From the NCBI RefSeq assembly GCF_031769215.1, contig NW_026782707.1, forward strand, positions 620,001-684,000: a stretch of 64,000 bases of DNA, written 5' to 3'. A program made the position numbers and the translations under genes. Source of the DNA: Ylistrum balloti. Lineage: Eukaryota. The notes under the pieces are model-generated. The model was given only the letters and a program-made list of their open reading frames with translations, ran no database searches and was not told the DNA's origin. Below are positions 39,059 to 53,000 of this stretch, one piece after another (position 1 is the first letter of the stretch; every line of letters starts with the position of its first letter).

Positions 39059-42000
39059 CTGAAACCAGACATAATGTTATCATCATCACTATCGGCCAAA
39101 CCTTACACATTGTGTAAATGACAACACTTCCTGAATTTAACGAGATTTTTAACATCACACCTAAATGAAGACACTCTATCACATTCTTCACAACGTTATA
39201 TGTAAATTAATGTGTGGTATCATATGTACTTATATACTTAGCAATATAAGAAAATTTGTATCTAGATAAACAATTTAAGGCCCCATGATTAACAACATGT
39301 ATCTATGTTAATTGTTAAACTTTATCATTATTATTTATTCAATACAAGAAAGGTGTTTCCAGCGCCGAAAATTTAGTGTTTTTTTTATATGTACCTGGGA
39401 AAGGAATTAATATCAGCTCTAAGCTTGTTTTCCAGTCCCATACGTATCTGATGCACGTGTTAAATTTATTGTATTAGAACATTGTTTAAGCTAAATATAA
39501 GGCAGGTTTGTATGGATTTGCAGCGTTTATTTTACACTGAATTATCTTTAATTTTGCAAACAAAAAGAACAAATTTTCAGCGTAATTAGAATGACCTGAT
39601 AAGTCATATCGTCTTATACTTTTGTTTTACATATAATTTACCCTTAGATTTAACGATATCACTTTCTCCAGATCGGAGTGATGTCTTTGGAGTCAGTGAC
39701 GTGTTTTTCTTGTTCATTTCCTCCACGGATGGCAGGCACGATTCTATCTTGTTGGGGACGTCTGTATTTGTATTGACCGTTTCTCGTGGTGGATCATTTC
39801 TCAGGGTAGGCCTCGGTAAGTTTTCATTTGTGAAATGACTACCGCTGTTTTGAACGCGAAAAGAACTTTCCCGGCCGGTTTGAATACGGGGGCGTGGCGT
39901 CGTATTCGGATCACTGTAATTAAAAGAAATCAAAGTTGTTGATAAATATTTGTTTGGGTGAGGCTGCAGTTATAAAGTTTACTGACATTGGTTCTAGGTC
40001 ATAGTGTACTATCTATCCTTAAGAATGTGGCACTTCATCTAATTCGTTTGATTACACGTTTGTGTGTCTTCGAGGTACTTGTATTTGCGTGTATGCGCAT
40101 GCCCGTAAACATCTAAACATTTCAAACCTGTTACGAATATTATTTTTGGGTAAGGAAGATAATACCATATTTCTATATCAAATCGTCCTTCCGCTCCATA
40201 TTTGTAGCTACCCGTATTACCGCAGGGCCACCTCACCTAAAAAACACCAAGAAATAAATTTTTTGTCAATGTTAAGGTTGGTGCTATCCTGACAACATGA
40301 TAACAAAGCACATTTTACATCAGGAAGATGTTTCCTAAGATGTGATAGACCCAGAAGCTATCATTATGATTGACTTCCATTAACACTGAAGCATGAGGAT
40401 TTATCAGCGTACCCCAACAATGCCGTTCTCCTTGACCCGGAACACAACACCAATTTTGCCTTCACCACCATCCTGGTCAGCAAAGGTCCAGTCTGTACCT
40501 TTATAAATAACACAACTACAGCTGTGAGTATTCCATTAAAACAAATAAAAAGCATATGAACGATAACAGGACTGGTACATTTCGCCGTTTTTTTCAGAAT
40601 TTTAAAACTTCACAGTTATAGGATTTTTTACGTACATGTTTTCGTATACCTGACGATGTCCATTTTTAGCGGCGAAGTTTGAGTTAACAACAAGCATACG
40701 TTTTTTTTATGAAATATAGCTAAATGAAAGACAGATGAAAATATATGAATCAGTATTTTTGAAATGTTGCGCTCTTTCCACAGATGACCTGTAAATTATA
40801 TACATATTATCTTATGCTTCATATAAAAAAAAAGACAACAGAACAGTTAAGAGGAATATTTAAAGAAGTTGATAGAAAGTCTAGAAGCTAGCTTAAACCC
40901 AGACCAGGAAGAATTAGATAATAGAAAACAAGAATTAGAATCTTCACGATTGAGAAGGATAAAGGAAAGTTTTATCAGATCAAGAGCAAAATGGATTGAA
41001 GAAGGGGAAAAGCCTACTTCCTATTTCTTGAATTTAGAAAATCTAAATTTCACTTCTAAAATAATTCCAAAATTACAAAAAGATAATGATGACGTGATTA
41101 CAAACCAGGGGGATATTTTAAATGAAGTTAGATTATTCTATGAAAATTTATACAGATTTAGAGAAGTTGATGCTGTCGATTTAAATTATCATCTTCAGGG
41201 TTGTGGAGTACCAAAATTAAGTAACACAGAGTCCAAGATTCTGGAAGGTTTGATCACTATAGAAGAGGCAGGTAAAGTTTTGAAAGATATGAACAATAAT
41301 AAGAGTCCTAGATCAGATGGTTTCACCCCTGAATTTTTAAAGACCTTTTGGAAATTTATAGTATTTGTTGTCCGTTCAATAAATTAAAGTTTTTCTGTAG
41401 GTCAGCTTTATATAACTCAGAGACATGGCATAATAACCTGTATTCCAAAGGGAGATAAACCACGTCATTTCTTAAAAAAACTGGAGACCTATCTCTTTGT
41501 TAAACATTTCCTACAAAATAGCTTCCGGAATAATTTCTCATAGGACAAAATCAGTTCTAGGAAAGCTTATAAATGAAGATCAGACAGGTTTCTTATCTGA
41601 GCGCTATATTGGTGAAAATATTCGTACTCTTTATGACGTAATGGCGTATGCTGAAGATTTAGATATTCCAGGAATGCTCCTTATGGTCGATTTTGAGAAA
41701 GCTTTTGATTCTGTTTCATGGGATTTTATTGATAAAGTTCTTGATTATTTCAATTTTGGGCGGGATATAAGGAAATGGATTAAAAATTTTCATACTAATA
41801 TTTACTCCTCAATTAATCAGGGAGGTAATATTTCTGCCTCTGTTGACATCCATCGCGGTTGTCGTCAAGGTGACCCTATCTCCCCGTACATTTTTATTTT
41901 GTGTGTTGAAATTTTAGCAGCAAAAATCAGGACAAATAACAATATAAATGGTATACAAATTGATAATGTATCTATTCTTAATATACAGTATGCAGATGAC

Positions 42001-43700
42001 ACTGGTCTTATACTTGATGGCTCAGAGAACTCACTCAAGGAATCAATTATCGAACTAACCTTTTTTGCTAAAATGTTAGGTTTAAATATTAACACAAATA
42101 AAACACATGTAATTTGGACAGGAAGCAAAAAATATAGTGATTACTCTTTCCTTCCAGAATTGAACCTTCTCTGGGGCAATAATAAGTTTACTTTTTTGGG
42201 TATTGAATTTTCGGTCAACCTTAGTGAGATTCCTAGAATGAATTTTGACAAAAAATAGTTAAACTGAAAGCAATTATTAACATGTGGCGAAGACGGAATC
42301 TTCGTCCTATTGGTAGAATTAACATAATTAAGTCACTTCTAATTTCCCAGTTCAATTATTTATTTATAACTCTTCCTAATCCTCCCGACAAAGTTCTTGC
42401 CAAATTAAATTACTGTTCGAATTCCTCTGGAATGGTAAATGTCACAGAATTAAAAAGGATGTGGTAATTCAACGCCATATAGATGGGGGGCTAAAAATGA
42501 TAGATGTAGGAGCTTTTATGGATTCTCTTAAATTAGGATGGATAAGAAGAATCACTCAGTCATCAGGAAAATGGAAAGTTCTATTGAATTCTATTGTAGA
42601 GGTAAAAAAATGTTTCATTGCGGAAAGGAATATGTTAAGTCATGTAGTAACAATTGCAGCAATATATTCTGGAAAGATGTTTTTAAAAGTTGGGTTAGAT
42701 TGAATAATTCCTTTCCTATGAGGCAAAGTATGCCAGAGTCAATTTTAAAAACCCCTTTATGGTACAATAATGACATTCAAGTGGGCAATAGATATGTCTT
42801 CTATCCAGTATGGTTTAATGCTGGTATATATACCATCAATGACCTAATTAAAAATTCTGATCATTTGACATTTTTCTCCTTTGATGAGTTTCTTCATAAA
42901 TTTTTAATCAATACCAACTATTTACAGTATCTTGGCTTGATTACAGCCGTCAAGTGTTTCTTGAGAAAACATGACTTCCATCCATTAGGACTATTTCAGC
43001 CTTTTATACCACTTCTATGGGATTTTTTTTTATAAAAGTGAAAAAGGTGCCAAAGACTTCTACAATGCTATTATTAAACCAGCTCCAACCCCTACTGGTA
43101 TTCGAAAATAGAGTGATGAGTTCGACTTTGATGATCAGAAGTGGAAAAATATATCAATAATTCCGTTTACTATTACAAAAAGTTCTAAGCTACAGTGGTT
43201 TCAAGTAAGGATTATACATCACATTCTGGTTACTACCTCCTTTCTTTTCAATATTAATTTAATACCTAGCCCTTTATGTACACTATGTAATATGGAAAGA
43301 GAAACAATCCTTCACTGTCTATGGGAGTGTATAGAGGTACAGACTCTATTGGAGAGATTTGAGTCTCTTCTTGATATTCTTCTGATTCCTTTTTGGATAA
43401 ACAAAGAAACGTATTTATTTGGAATTATCCATCCTAATGCTAACACTGTAGATAACGAAATTTTAATTCTCATTAAACACTATGTTTATATGTCAAGATG
43501 TCTACAAAAATCTCTTAATTTAAATGCTCTTATAAATAAGATTAAGGATAATTTCCATGTTCAAAAGTACATTTCCAGCAAAAACACTATTATGAAAACA
43601 AATTTTGAGAATAATTGGAAAAAATGGATGCCCATTTTGGAACTATAGTATGTATGCTAACAAGTCTGTTCCCAATGGCCATGGACTTGACTTTACCAAA

Positions 43701-43791
<91 letters not shown>

Positions 43792-44031
43792 TTTAGGATG
43801 TATAATGTTTTTTTTATATATAAATGTATTCATGAGTGAGTACGTGTGTGTGAGAAAATATTTTTGATAAGTGTAAGTGATATGATATTGTATGTGTGTG
43901 TGTGTTTGTGAGTTTTTTGTTAAGTACATGTAAGTTTGCTATGTGAGTGTAAGTGGGTGTGAATGTTGATGAGTGAGTTTGTGTGCAGTAAGTAGTAGAT
44001 ACTACATGATGATGATGATGATGATAATTAT

Positions 44032-44070
<39 letters not shown>

Positions 44071-47000
44071 CATGTATATGTGTAAGACATATTCAAGTAA
44101 GAGCACACAAGTGTGAGAGTGTGGGTGTATGTTTTTGTGTGGTTTCTCTTGTATATTGTGTAAAATGTAAAAAAAAAAAAAAAATAAAAGAATTACAAAA
44201 ATATATATATATATATACATATACAACAATTGAGTTGTACATTCCTCATTTGAGGAGATATCAGGCAGCTTTATACACAACCTATCATACCTCCATTAAT
44301 GAAATACACAACCTATCACACCTCCATTAATGAAATACACAACCTATCACACCTCCATTAATGAAATACCCGCCAGCTTTATACACAACCTATCATACCT
44401 CCATTAATGAAATACCTGCCAGCTTTATACACAACCTATCATACCTCCATTAATGAAATACCTGCCAGCTTTATACACAACCTATCACACCTCCATTAAT
44501 GAAATACCTGCCAGCTTTATACACAACCTATCACACCTCCATTAATGAAATACCTTCCAGCTATGTACACAACCTATCACACCTCCATTAATGAAATACA
44601 CAACCTATCACACCTCCATTAATGAAATACCTGCCAGCTTTATACACAACCTATCACACCTCCATTAATGAAATACACAACCTATCACACCTCCATTAAT
44701 GAAATACCAGCCAGCTTTATACACAACCTATCACACCTCCATTAATGAAATACCTTCCAGCTTTATACACAACCTATCACACCTCCATTAATGAAATACC
44801 TATGTACACAACCTATCACAAATACACAACCTATCACACCTCCATTAATGAAATACCTGCCAGCTTTATACACAACCTATCACACCTCCATTAATGAAAT
44901 ACACAACCTATCACACCTTCATTAATGAAATAACCGCCAGCTTTATACACAACCTATCACACCTCCATTAATGAAATACCCGCCAGCTTTATACACAACC
45001 TATCACACCTCCATTAATGAAATACCTGCCGGCTTTATACACAACCTATCACACCTTCATTAATGAAATAACCGCCAGCTTTATACACAACCTATCACAC
45101 CTCCATTAATGAAATACCTGCCAGCTTTATACACAACCTATCACACCTTCATTAATGAAATACCCGCCAGCTTTATACACAACCTATCACACCTCCATTA
45201 ATGAAATACCTGCCAGCTTTATACACAACCTATCACACCTCCATTAATGAAATACCCGCCAGCTTTATACACAACCTATCACACCTCCATTAATGAAATA
45301 CACAACCTATCACACCTCCATTAATGAAATACACAACCTATCACACCTTCATTAATGAAATAACCGCCAGCTTTATACACAACCTATCATACCTCCATTA
45401 ATGAAATACCTGCCAGCTTTATACACAACCTATCACACCTTCATTAATGAAATACCTGCCAGCTTTATACACAACCTATCACACCTCCATTAATGAAATA
45501 CCTGCCAGCTTTATACACAACCTATCACACCTCCATTAATGAAATACACAACCTATCACACCTCCATTAATGAAATACACAACCTATCACACCTCCATTA
45601 ATGAAATACACAACCTATCACACCTTCATTAATGAAATACCCACCAGCTTTATACACAACCTATCACACCTCCATTAATGAAATACACAACCTATCACAC
45701 CTTCATTAATGAAATACCCGCCAGCTTTATACACAACCTATCACACCTCCATTAATGAAATACCCACCAGCTTTATACACAACCTATCACACCTTCATTA
45801 ATGAAATACCCACCAGCTTTATACACAACCTATCACACCTTCATTAATGAAATACCCGCCAGCTTTATACACAACCTTTCACACATCTATTAATGAAATA
45901 CCCGCCAGCTTTATACAAAACGTATCACATCTCCGTTAATGAAATACACGGTAGTTAAATATACCTGCCAGCTTTATACTATATATACACACCTTTGCCT
46001 AGCTAACCGACAGTTATATATAAATACCTGCCAGCTATATATAACATACCTCCAACCAGATACCACAGCTATATATAATGAAATAACCGACAGCTTTATA
46101 CAGATAAACAGCTATCATCTCCGTTAATGAAATACACGGTAGTTAAATATAACTTGCCTCCTTTCACCAGATAACCGACAGCTATATATAACATGTCTCC
46201 TTTGACCAGATAACCGACAGTTATATATAACATACCTCGTTTGACCAGATAACCGACAGCTATATATAACATACCTCCTTTGACCAGATAACCGACAGCT
46301 ATATATAACATACCTCCTTTGACCAGATAACCGACAGCTATATATAACATACCTCCTTTGACCAGATAACCGACAGCTTTATATATCTTGCCTCCTTTGA
46401 CCAGATAACCGACAGCTATATATAACATGTCTCCTTTGACCAGATAACCGACAGCTATATATAACATACCTTGTTTGACCAGATAACCGACAGCTATATA
46501 TAACATACCTCCTTTGACCAGATAACCGACAGCTATATATATAACTTACCTCGTTTGACCAGATAACCGACAGCTATATATAACATGCCTCCTTTGACCA
46601 GATAACCGACAGCTATATATAACATGCCTCGTTTGACCAGATAACCGACAGCTATATATAATATACCTCCTTTGACCAGATAACCGACAGCTATATATAT
46701 AACTTACCTCGTTTGACCAGATAACCTGTAGCAATCAGGTGGTCTCCTAGGATCTGGCGAGGTTCATCAACTACTCTGACGTCATAGCAGTCGGGCTGGT
46801 AGTGATACCGGTTTTTAAAGCCGTTGTCCCACTCAATCCAAATCATTCCTTTAAGTTTGTGAACGTTGACCATTAAATACAGACATTCAATCGCAATGAC
46901 AAATAAATGTATTCCTCAAAACTACAAAAAAATCTCTCCGTTTTATTAAAGGTGTCTATCAACATCTTTTATGTTGAACGATTTTAATTTATTTTATAAT

Positions 47001-50000
47001 CATCTATATCGAGGTGAAACCAACAATGGCCGACGTTTGTCAAAATCTTCCAATGTGTATATAATACCTACCGCTGACTTGACAGAACTCATTCTGTAAC
47101 ATATGGCTCAAGTTTGTCAAAATCTACCAATTTTTTATATGTTCCGTTCGCTTGTCTTTATCATATGGCTGACGTTTGTGAAAATTTACCTATTTGTTTA
47201 CATCTACCGTTCGCCTGACAAAAGCTAGTCTTTTATCTAGCTATTATAAATCAGATTATAAAATTATAAATTGTTATACCAACATTATTGATATCAATGT
47301 CTACTAAACAGCCAGACAAACAATGACGACTTCCATCCAACTACGATAAGTACCATTGTCTTGGTGTCCTATAACAGTTCCGGGCCCCTCCGTGTCCTGG
47401 TTTTTCCATTTCCAGCTTGGTCCGCGACGAACACGTGTCCCGATTGGGGGCATATTTGGATCCTGTTCAATATACATTGTTAGTTCTATCCCTGATGTAG
47501 ACGTTTCCCTGCTCTTCAGATATTCAACGTAATCAACGATGTCCTCCTGATGATGTAAAAATAATTCTCTGTCTCTCTCTCTTTGTCATTAAATTTCAAA
47601 TTGTTCTGTAAGAACTCTCTTATTAAGGCAAGTGACTAGAATGATTATCTGCAATGTATATATATACTGCTATATGACTCTTTGGGGGCTGACTGGAGCT
47701 GAATACTTACTGCGTCCTGTTGGACAGAGAAAGGAGCCATTGAACGGTCTGTCAGGATATCCATCATCTGTTGCCGGCTATTTCCTTTGAGCGCTTCATA
47801 CATTTCAATGGCGGAAACCTTGGTAACATTAGAAAGGTGACAAATATGAAACATTCCATCTCTACAGCTGACAAACTTACAATGGATCTACACTGAAAAA
47901 TGAAACGATCCATGCACCAAACGGTGTTTACTCTGAGCTTTTATTAAATCAAAGTAAGTGATTGCATACTAAATATGTGATACCACCCTCCAAAAGACAA
48001 CACCCACGTATTGACAATAACATGGAAATAATAAATAAGACCCGCATAGTTTGATTTATCATCAATATTTACTATAAAGATTACTACTGTATGAAAAAAG
48101 GATCTTCGTTAGCATTTTACAGGACATGACATCATATCTCTCTCTCTCTCTAAAGTACTGAACCTTTGCCTGGGTCATCTTCACAAGCCTTTGGACATCA
48201 CTTGACGGGTAAATCCTTCCCTTTGTCATTCTACAAATGTCCTCGAAATATACCTAAAATATCAATACATTTATATCAGTTTGTATTAAACACTTCTGCT
48301 CTTCACTAACTTCCCGTCACATCAATTCTGCCTTAAATATGCAGATCGTTCACACGTATCAAAAGAGTTCCTCTTCAATAAAAGTATAATTCACTATTGG
48401 ACATAGCTGGAAAATATACAATTATTTTCATAGGATCATGGAGTCAAATAAATATCATTCTTACCGTCTTTGCGTCCCCTACTGGTACACAAAACACGCG
48501 GTTACCTCTCTCTGCGTAGTCCTTCAGAACTGGCAATAGCAGAAGGCGAATCTTCAAACGAAAAGAAAATGTCCTATGATTAGAAACTGATAAATTCCTT
48601 TAGAATACAAAGTTATTCAAATCATTCCCTCATTCCGTACCACGAAAACTACCACTGTATCCAGATTGGAATTATGTCCCCCAAAAAACTGGATTATTGT
48701 TGTCCGTTAAGCAGATTTCAACTTGATAGTGTTAGAAGATTTTTTACAAGCTAAAGAGATATATTCCTTTGTGTACTGTTTTCGTATTTGTGCTGAAATA
48801 TATTTCAGCTTCTGAATTATTATATTACAGTGAAGGTTAATATTAAGTGTAACTTTGCCAATTCTATTTTTTTCTTTCACTTCTACAGAAAGAATATCAC
48901 GAAGTTCGCGAAACCATTTTAGACATGTAACTAGGAAAAATTAACAAGCTCAAGTCTAACCCACAAGTATCAATGTCAACAAATACGGCACGTGATCTAA
49001 CACCACAAGTATCCTCTGGTCAATAATGACGACACGTGATCTAACCCCACAAGTATCCCTCTGTCTACATAGACGACACGTGGTCTAACCTCCGCAAGTA
49101 TCCAATCGCCAGCATAATTTTATTGTGAACCAATATAAACCCGTGTGTTACCTACATGAGAAGTTATATGGGAGCCCTCTTCTGTCTGTTCCGTGGTGCA
49201 AGTGTCTCGTGTAGCATGGCCGTCACTGATGAGAATAACTTTTGAAGATAGTGGTACGCTTCTCACGTTTGTAACACCCGATGCTGAAACAAAAATAATA
49301 TACAAAAAATAGCAATAATCTTTGCAGTATTGCTTATTGTTAAAGATCGACATCCACAATTTTTTTTTTTTTTATTTTGAAGATACCATTAAAAATAAAG
49401 CGTCGTCAGCAGAGATAAAAAAAAAACACCCATTGTAAGTGAAATCAGTATGTTTTCAATGCATCGAACATTTACAGTATATACTATATACAAGGCGATA
49501 AAAGGTAATCATATCACATATATGGGCGTTCTCTCTAGGTAGTCTGATAAAATCTCGGTGTCCATCGAGATGCCATCTTGTCCTCCAAAACCAGCTTAAC
49601 TGGCTACGACTCAAGGGGCACATATCGAAAGTTCTGATAATGAAGAAAGTGTCTCTTTCTCACCATTTCCTAATAAAGCTGCTAAACCCATCACTAGACC
49701 TGCTGAAAATGGACTAGGACCTCCAACTGGTAAGGTATCTGTAAGTCAATGAAATAAGGTTAATATCAGCAGTATAGTGTACCTGTTTCTATCGCAGTAA
49801 TACCAGATACTTAACAGATTGCAATGTAAAATGTATGAAGCTTTTATTATTTTTAAAATTTGTTTACCTAAAGAAGATATCAGATCGACGTAATCCATTG
49901 TCAAATGCTTGAAAACAGTAGTTTCCTGACCAATTACAGTTATGGCGATATTTTCCTCAACTCCGATTGTCTTGTGCACAGCCTGTATACCTGTGGTATA

Positions 50001-53000
50001 GACAATGTATCGATATCAGTAAAAATCAATCAAAGGTACAATCGCCAGATAATCGATCACTTTTTCACTTAAAACGTTATACGAAATACACAAACGTCAT
50101 CTTTCTATAAAACATCGAGTTACTTACAAAACAAAAACGAAACTTCATCATGCAGCAGTTTCGTTCATCTCGGACTCAAAGCAAACAAAGTGTATATCAA
50201 CACGAATGATTGTAAATAAACACATATTTACAGATCAGCATATCACCATGTATTCTACTGTACATCAACAGCTAGTGTATTAATATCGAGTAAATAATTA
50301 TGATACATTATATGCATCAATTGTATGGATATTAAATACGTAAGCAGATGGTAAACGCAGTACACTGAGTCTCATACTTAACACATCTACAACAAACTAC
50401 CTTCTATGATCAGTTTGGCAATTCGTATCATCTCGTAAAACGGTTGACCACGCATACTTTCTGAAGTATCCAAAAGAAGGACTGTATCAGGGCCTCTCCC
50501 GCGATAGGGAGCTAAACGTGTCCCTATCAAAGAAAAAATAATTCCATTAGATCATGTCCATGTCTCTTGTGCAAAAGGAATGAAAAAAAAAAACATACGG
50601 AATTGTTGGCAAGGATCAACTGTAAATCACATCGACGTGTTAAATATGTACCTGACTGGTCACATGTTGCTAACCACTACACAAGACAAGAATTGAAACC
50701 GAAACCAACATATACACGTATCATATGTACTGACAGTTCCAATTTACCCTTTTGGCGTTCCTCGTTGGCTTTTGCTACCCATCTCTTAGATGCTTTAGCG
50801 TCGGCCTCTGTTATGCTAAAGTGATCCACTGAAATAAAGAGTCCGAAATATGCAATCAATTTTGTGTATCAATACGATACGAAATACACGCTTTTGTGTC
50901 GTATACTCACTCCGTATCCAACGCGATGACACAACGTACAAAACTGTGGTTAGTGAGCTCATGCAAGGTCACTGTTAAGGTCTTATTTCATTTATTTCTG
51001 TATAGCTCACTCATTGATATCTTTGTGTGTAGGTCCATGAACACTATAACACATTTTGGCAATAGAATTAGCATTGTTCTCACAAATATCGTAGTTAATT
51101 CTGAAAAAAACTGAGAACGAAGTATATAGCCCTTGTAAATATTATGGAAACAGGTAGAGTTCACATCCATAAGGGAAGTGTATAGCCCTTGTAAAAGCCA
51201 TGGAAACAGGTAGAGTTCACATCCGTAAGGGAAGTGTATAGCCCTTGTAAAACGTAAGGGAAGTATATAGCCCTTGTAAAAGCCATGGAAACAGGTAGAG
51301 TTCACATCCATAAGGGAAGTGCATAGCCCTTGTAAAAGACATGCAAACAGGTAGAGTTCACATCCTTAAGGGAAGTGTATAGCCCTTGTAAAAGCCATGG
51401 AAACAGGTAGAGTTCACATCCATAAGGGAAGTGTATAGCCCTTGTAAAAGCCATGGAAACAGGTAGAGTTCACATCCGTAAGGGAAGGGAAGTAAGGGAA
51501 GTATATAGCCCTTGTAAAAGACATGCAAACAGGTAGAGTTCACATCCATAAGGGAAGTGTATAGCCCTTGTAAAAGCCATGGAAACAGGTAGAGTTCACA
51601 TCCATAAGGGAAGTATATAGCCCTTGTAAAAGACATGCAAACAGGTAGAGTTCACATCCGTAAGGGAAGTATATAGCCCTTGTAAAAGACATGGAAACAG
51701 GTAGAGTTCACATCCGTAAGGGAAGTGTATAGCCCTTGTAAAAGACATGCAAACAGGTAGAGTTCACATCCGTAAGGGAAGTGTATAGCCCTTGTAAAAG
51801 CCATGGAAACAGGTAGAGTTCACATCCGTAAGGGAAGTGTATAGCCCTTGTAAAAGACATGCAAACAGGTAGAGTTCACATCCGTAAGGGAAGTGTATAG
51901 CCCTTGTAAAAAACATGCAAACAGGTAGAGTTCACATCCGGTAGGGAAGTGTATAGCCCTTGTAAAAGACATGCAAACAGGTAGAGTTCACATCCGTAAG
52001 GGAAGTGTATAGCCCTTGTAAAACGTAAGGGAGTGTATAGCCCTTGTAAAAGACATGCAAACAGGTAGAGTTCACATCCGTAAGGGAAGTGTATAGCCCT
52101 TGTAAAAGCCATGGAAACAGGTAGAGTTCACATCCGTAAGGGAAGTGTATAGCCCTTGTAAATGTCATGGAAACAGGTAGAGTTCACATCCGTAAGGGAA
52201 GTATATAGCCCTTGTAAAAGACATGCAAACAGGTAGAGTTCACATCCGTAAGGGGAGTGTATAGCCCTTGTAACAGTCATGGAATCAGGAAGAGTTCACA
52301 TCCATAAGGGAAGTGTATAGCCCTTGTAAAAGACATGCAAACAGGTAGAGTTCACATCCGTAAGGGAAGTGTATAGCCCTTGTAAAAGCCATGGAAACAG
52401 GTAGAGTTCACATCCGTAAGGGAAGTATATAGCCCTTGTAAAAGACATGCAAACAGGTAGAGTTCACATCCGTAAGGGAAGTGTATAGCCCTTGTAAATG
52501 TCATGGAAACGGGTAGAGTTCACATCCGTAAGGGAAGTGTATAGCCCTTGTAAAAGTCATGGAAACAGGTAGAGTTCACATCCGTAAGGGAAGTGTATAG
52601 CCCTTGTAAAAGACATGCAAACAGGTAGAGTTCACATCCGTAAGGGAAGTGTATAGCCCTTGTAAAAGACATGCAAACAGGTAGAGTTCACATCCATAAG
52701 GGAAGTGTATAGCCCTTGTAAAAGACATGCAAACAGGTAGAGTTCACATCCGTAAGGGAAGTGTATAGCCCTTGTAAAAGACATGCAAACAGGTAGAGTT
52801 CACATCCGTAAGGGAAGTGTATAGCCCTTGTAAAATCCATGGAAACAGGTAGAGTTCACATCCGTAAGGGAAGTGTATAGCCCTTGTAAAACGTAAGGGA
52901 AGTGTATAGCCCTTGTAAATGTCATGGAAACAGGTAGAGTTCACATCCGTAAGGGAAGTATATAGCCCTTGTAAAAGACATGCAAACAGGTAGAGTTCAC

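Larger units (their letters stand above)
40810..44200 (+). mobile_element. 5'-truncated, degenerate non-LTR retrotransposon (L1/Tx1-like ORF2: RT plus C-terminal CCHC)
   Basis: Broken ORF pieces 40869-43648 with RSRAKWIEEGEKPTSYF, KSP.SDGFTPEF, EDQTGF..RYIGENIR, DFEKAFDSV, GCRQGDPISP, QYADD, GGLKM and C..C...ETILHCLWEC. No endonuclease domain is present. The 3' region has CT/TG/GAT microsatellites and an A-rich AATAAA tail at about 44170-44200. It lies antisense in intron 15 of gene C. Confidence 0.9.
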
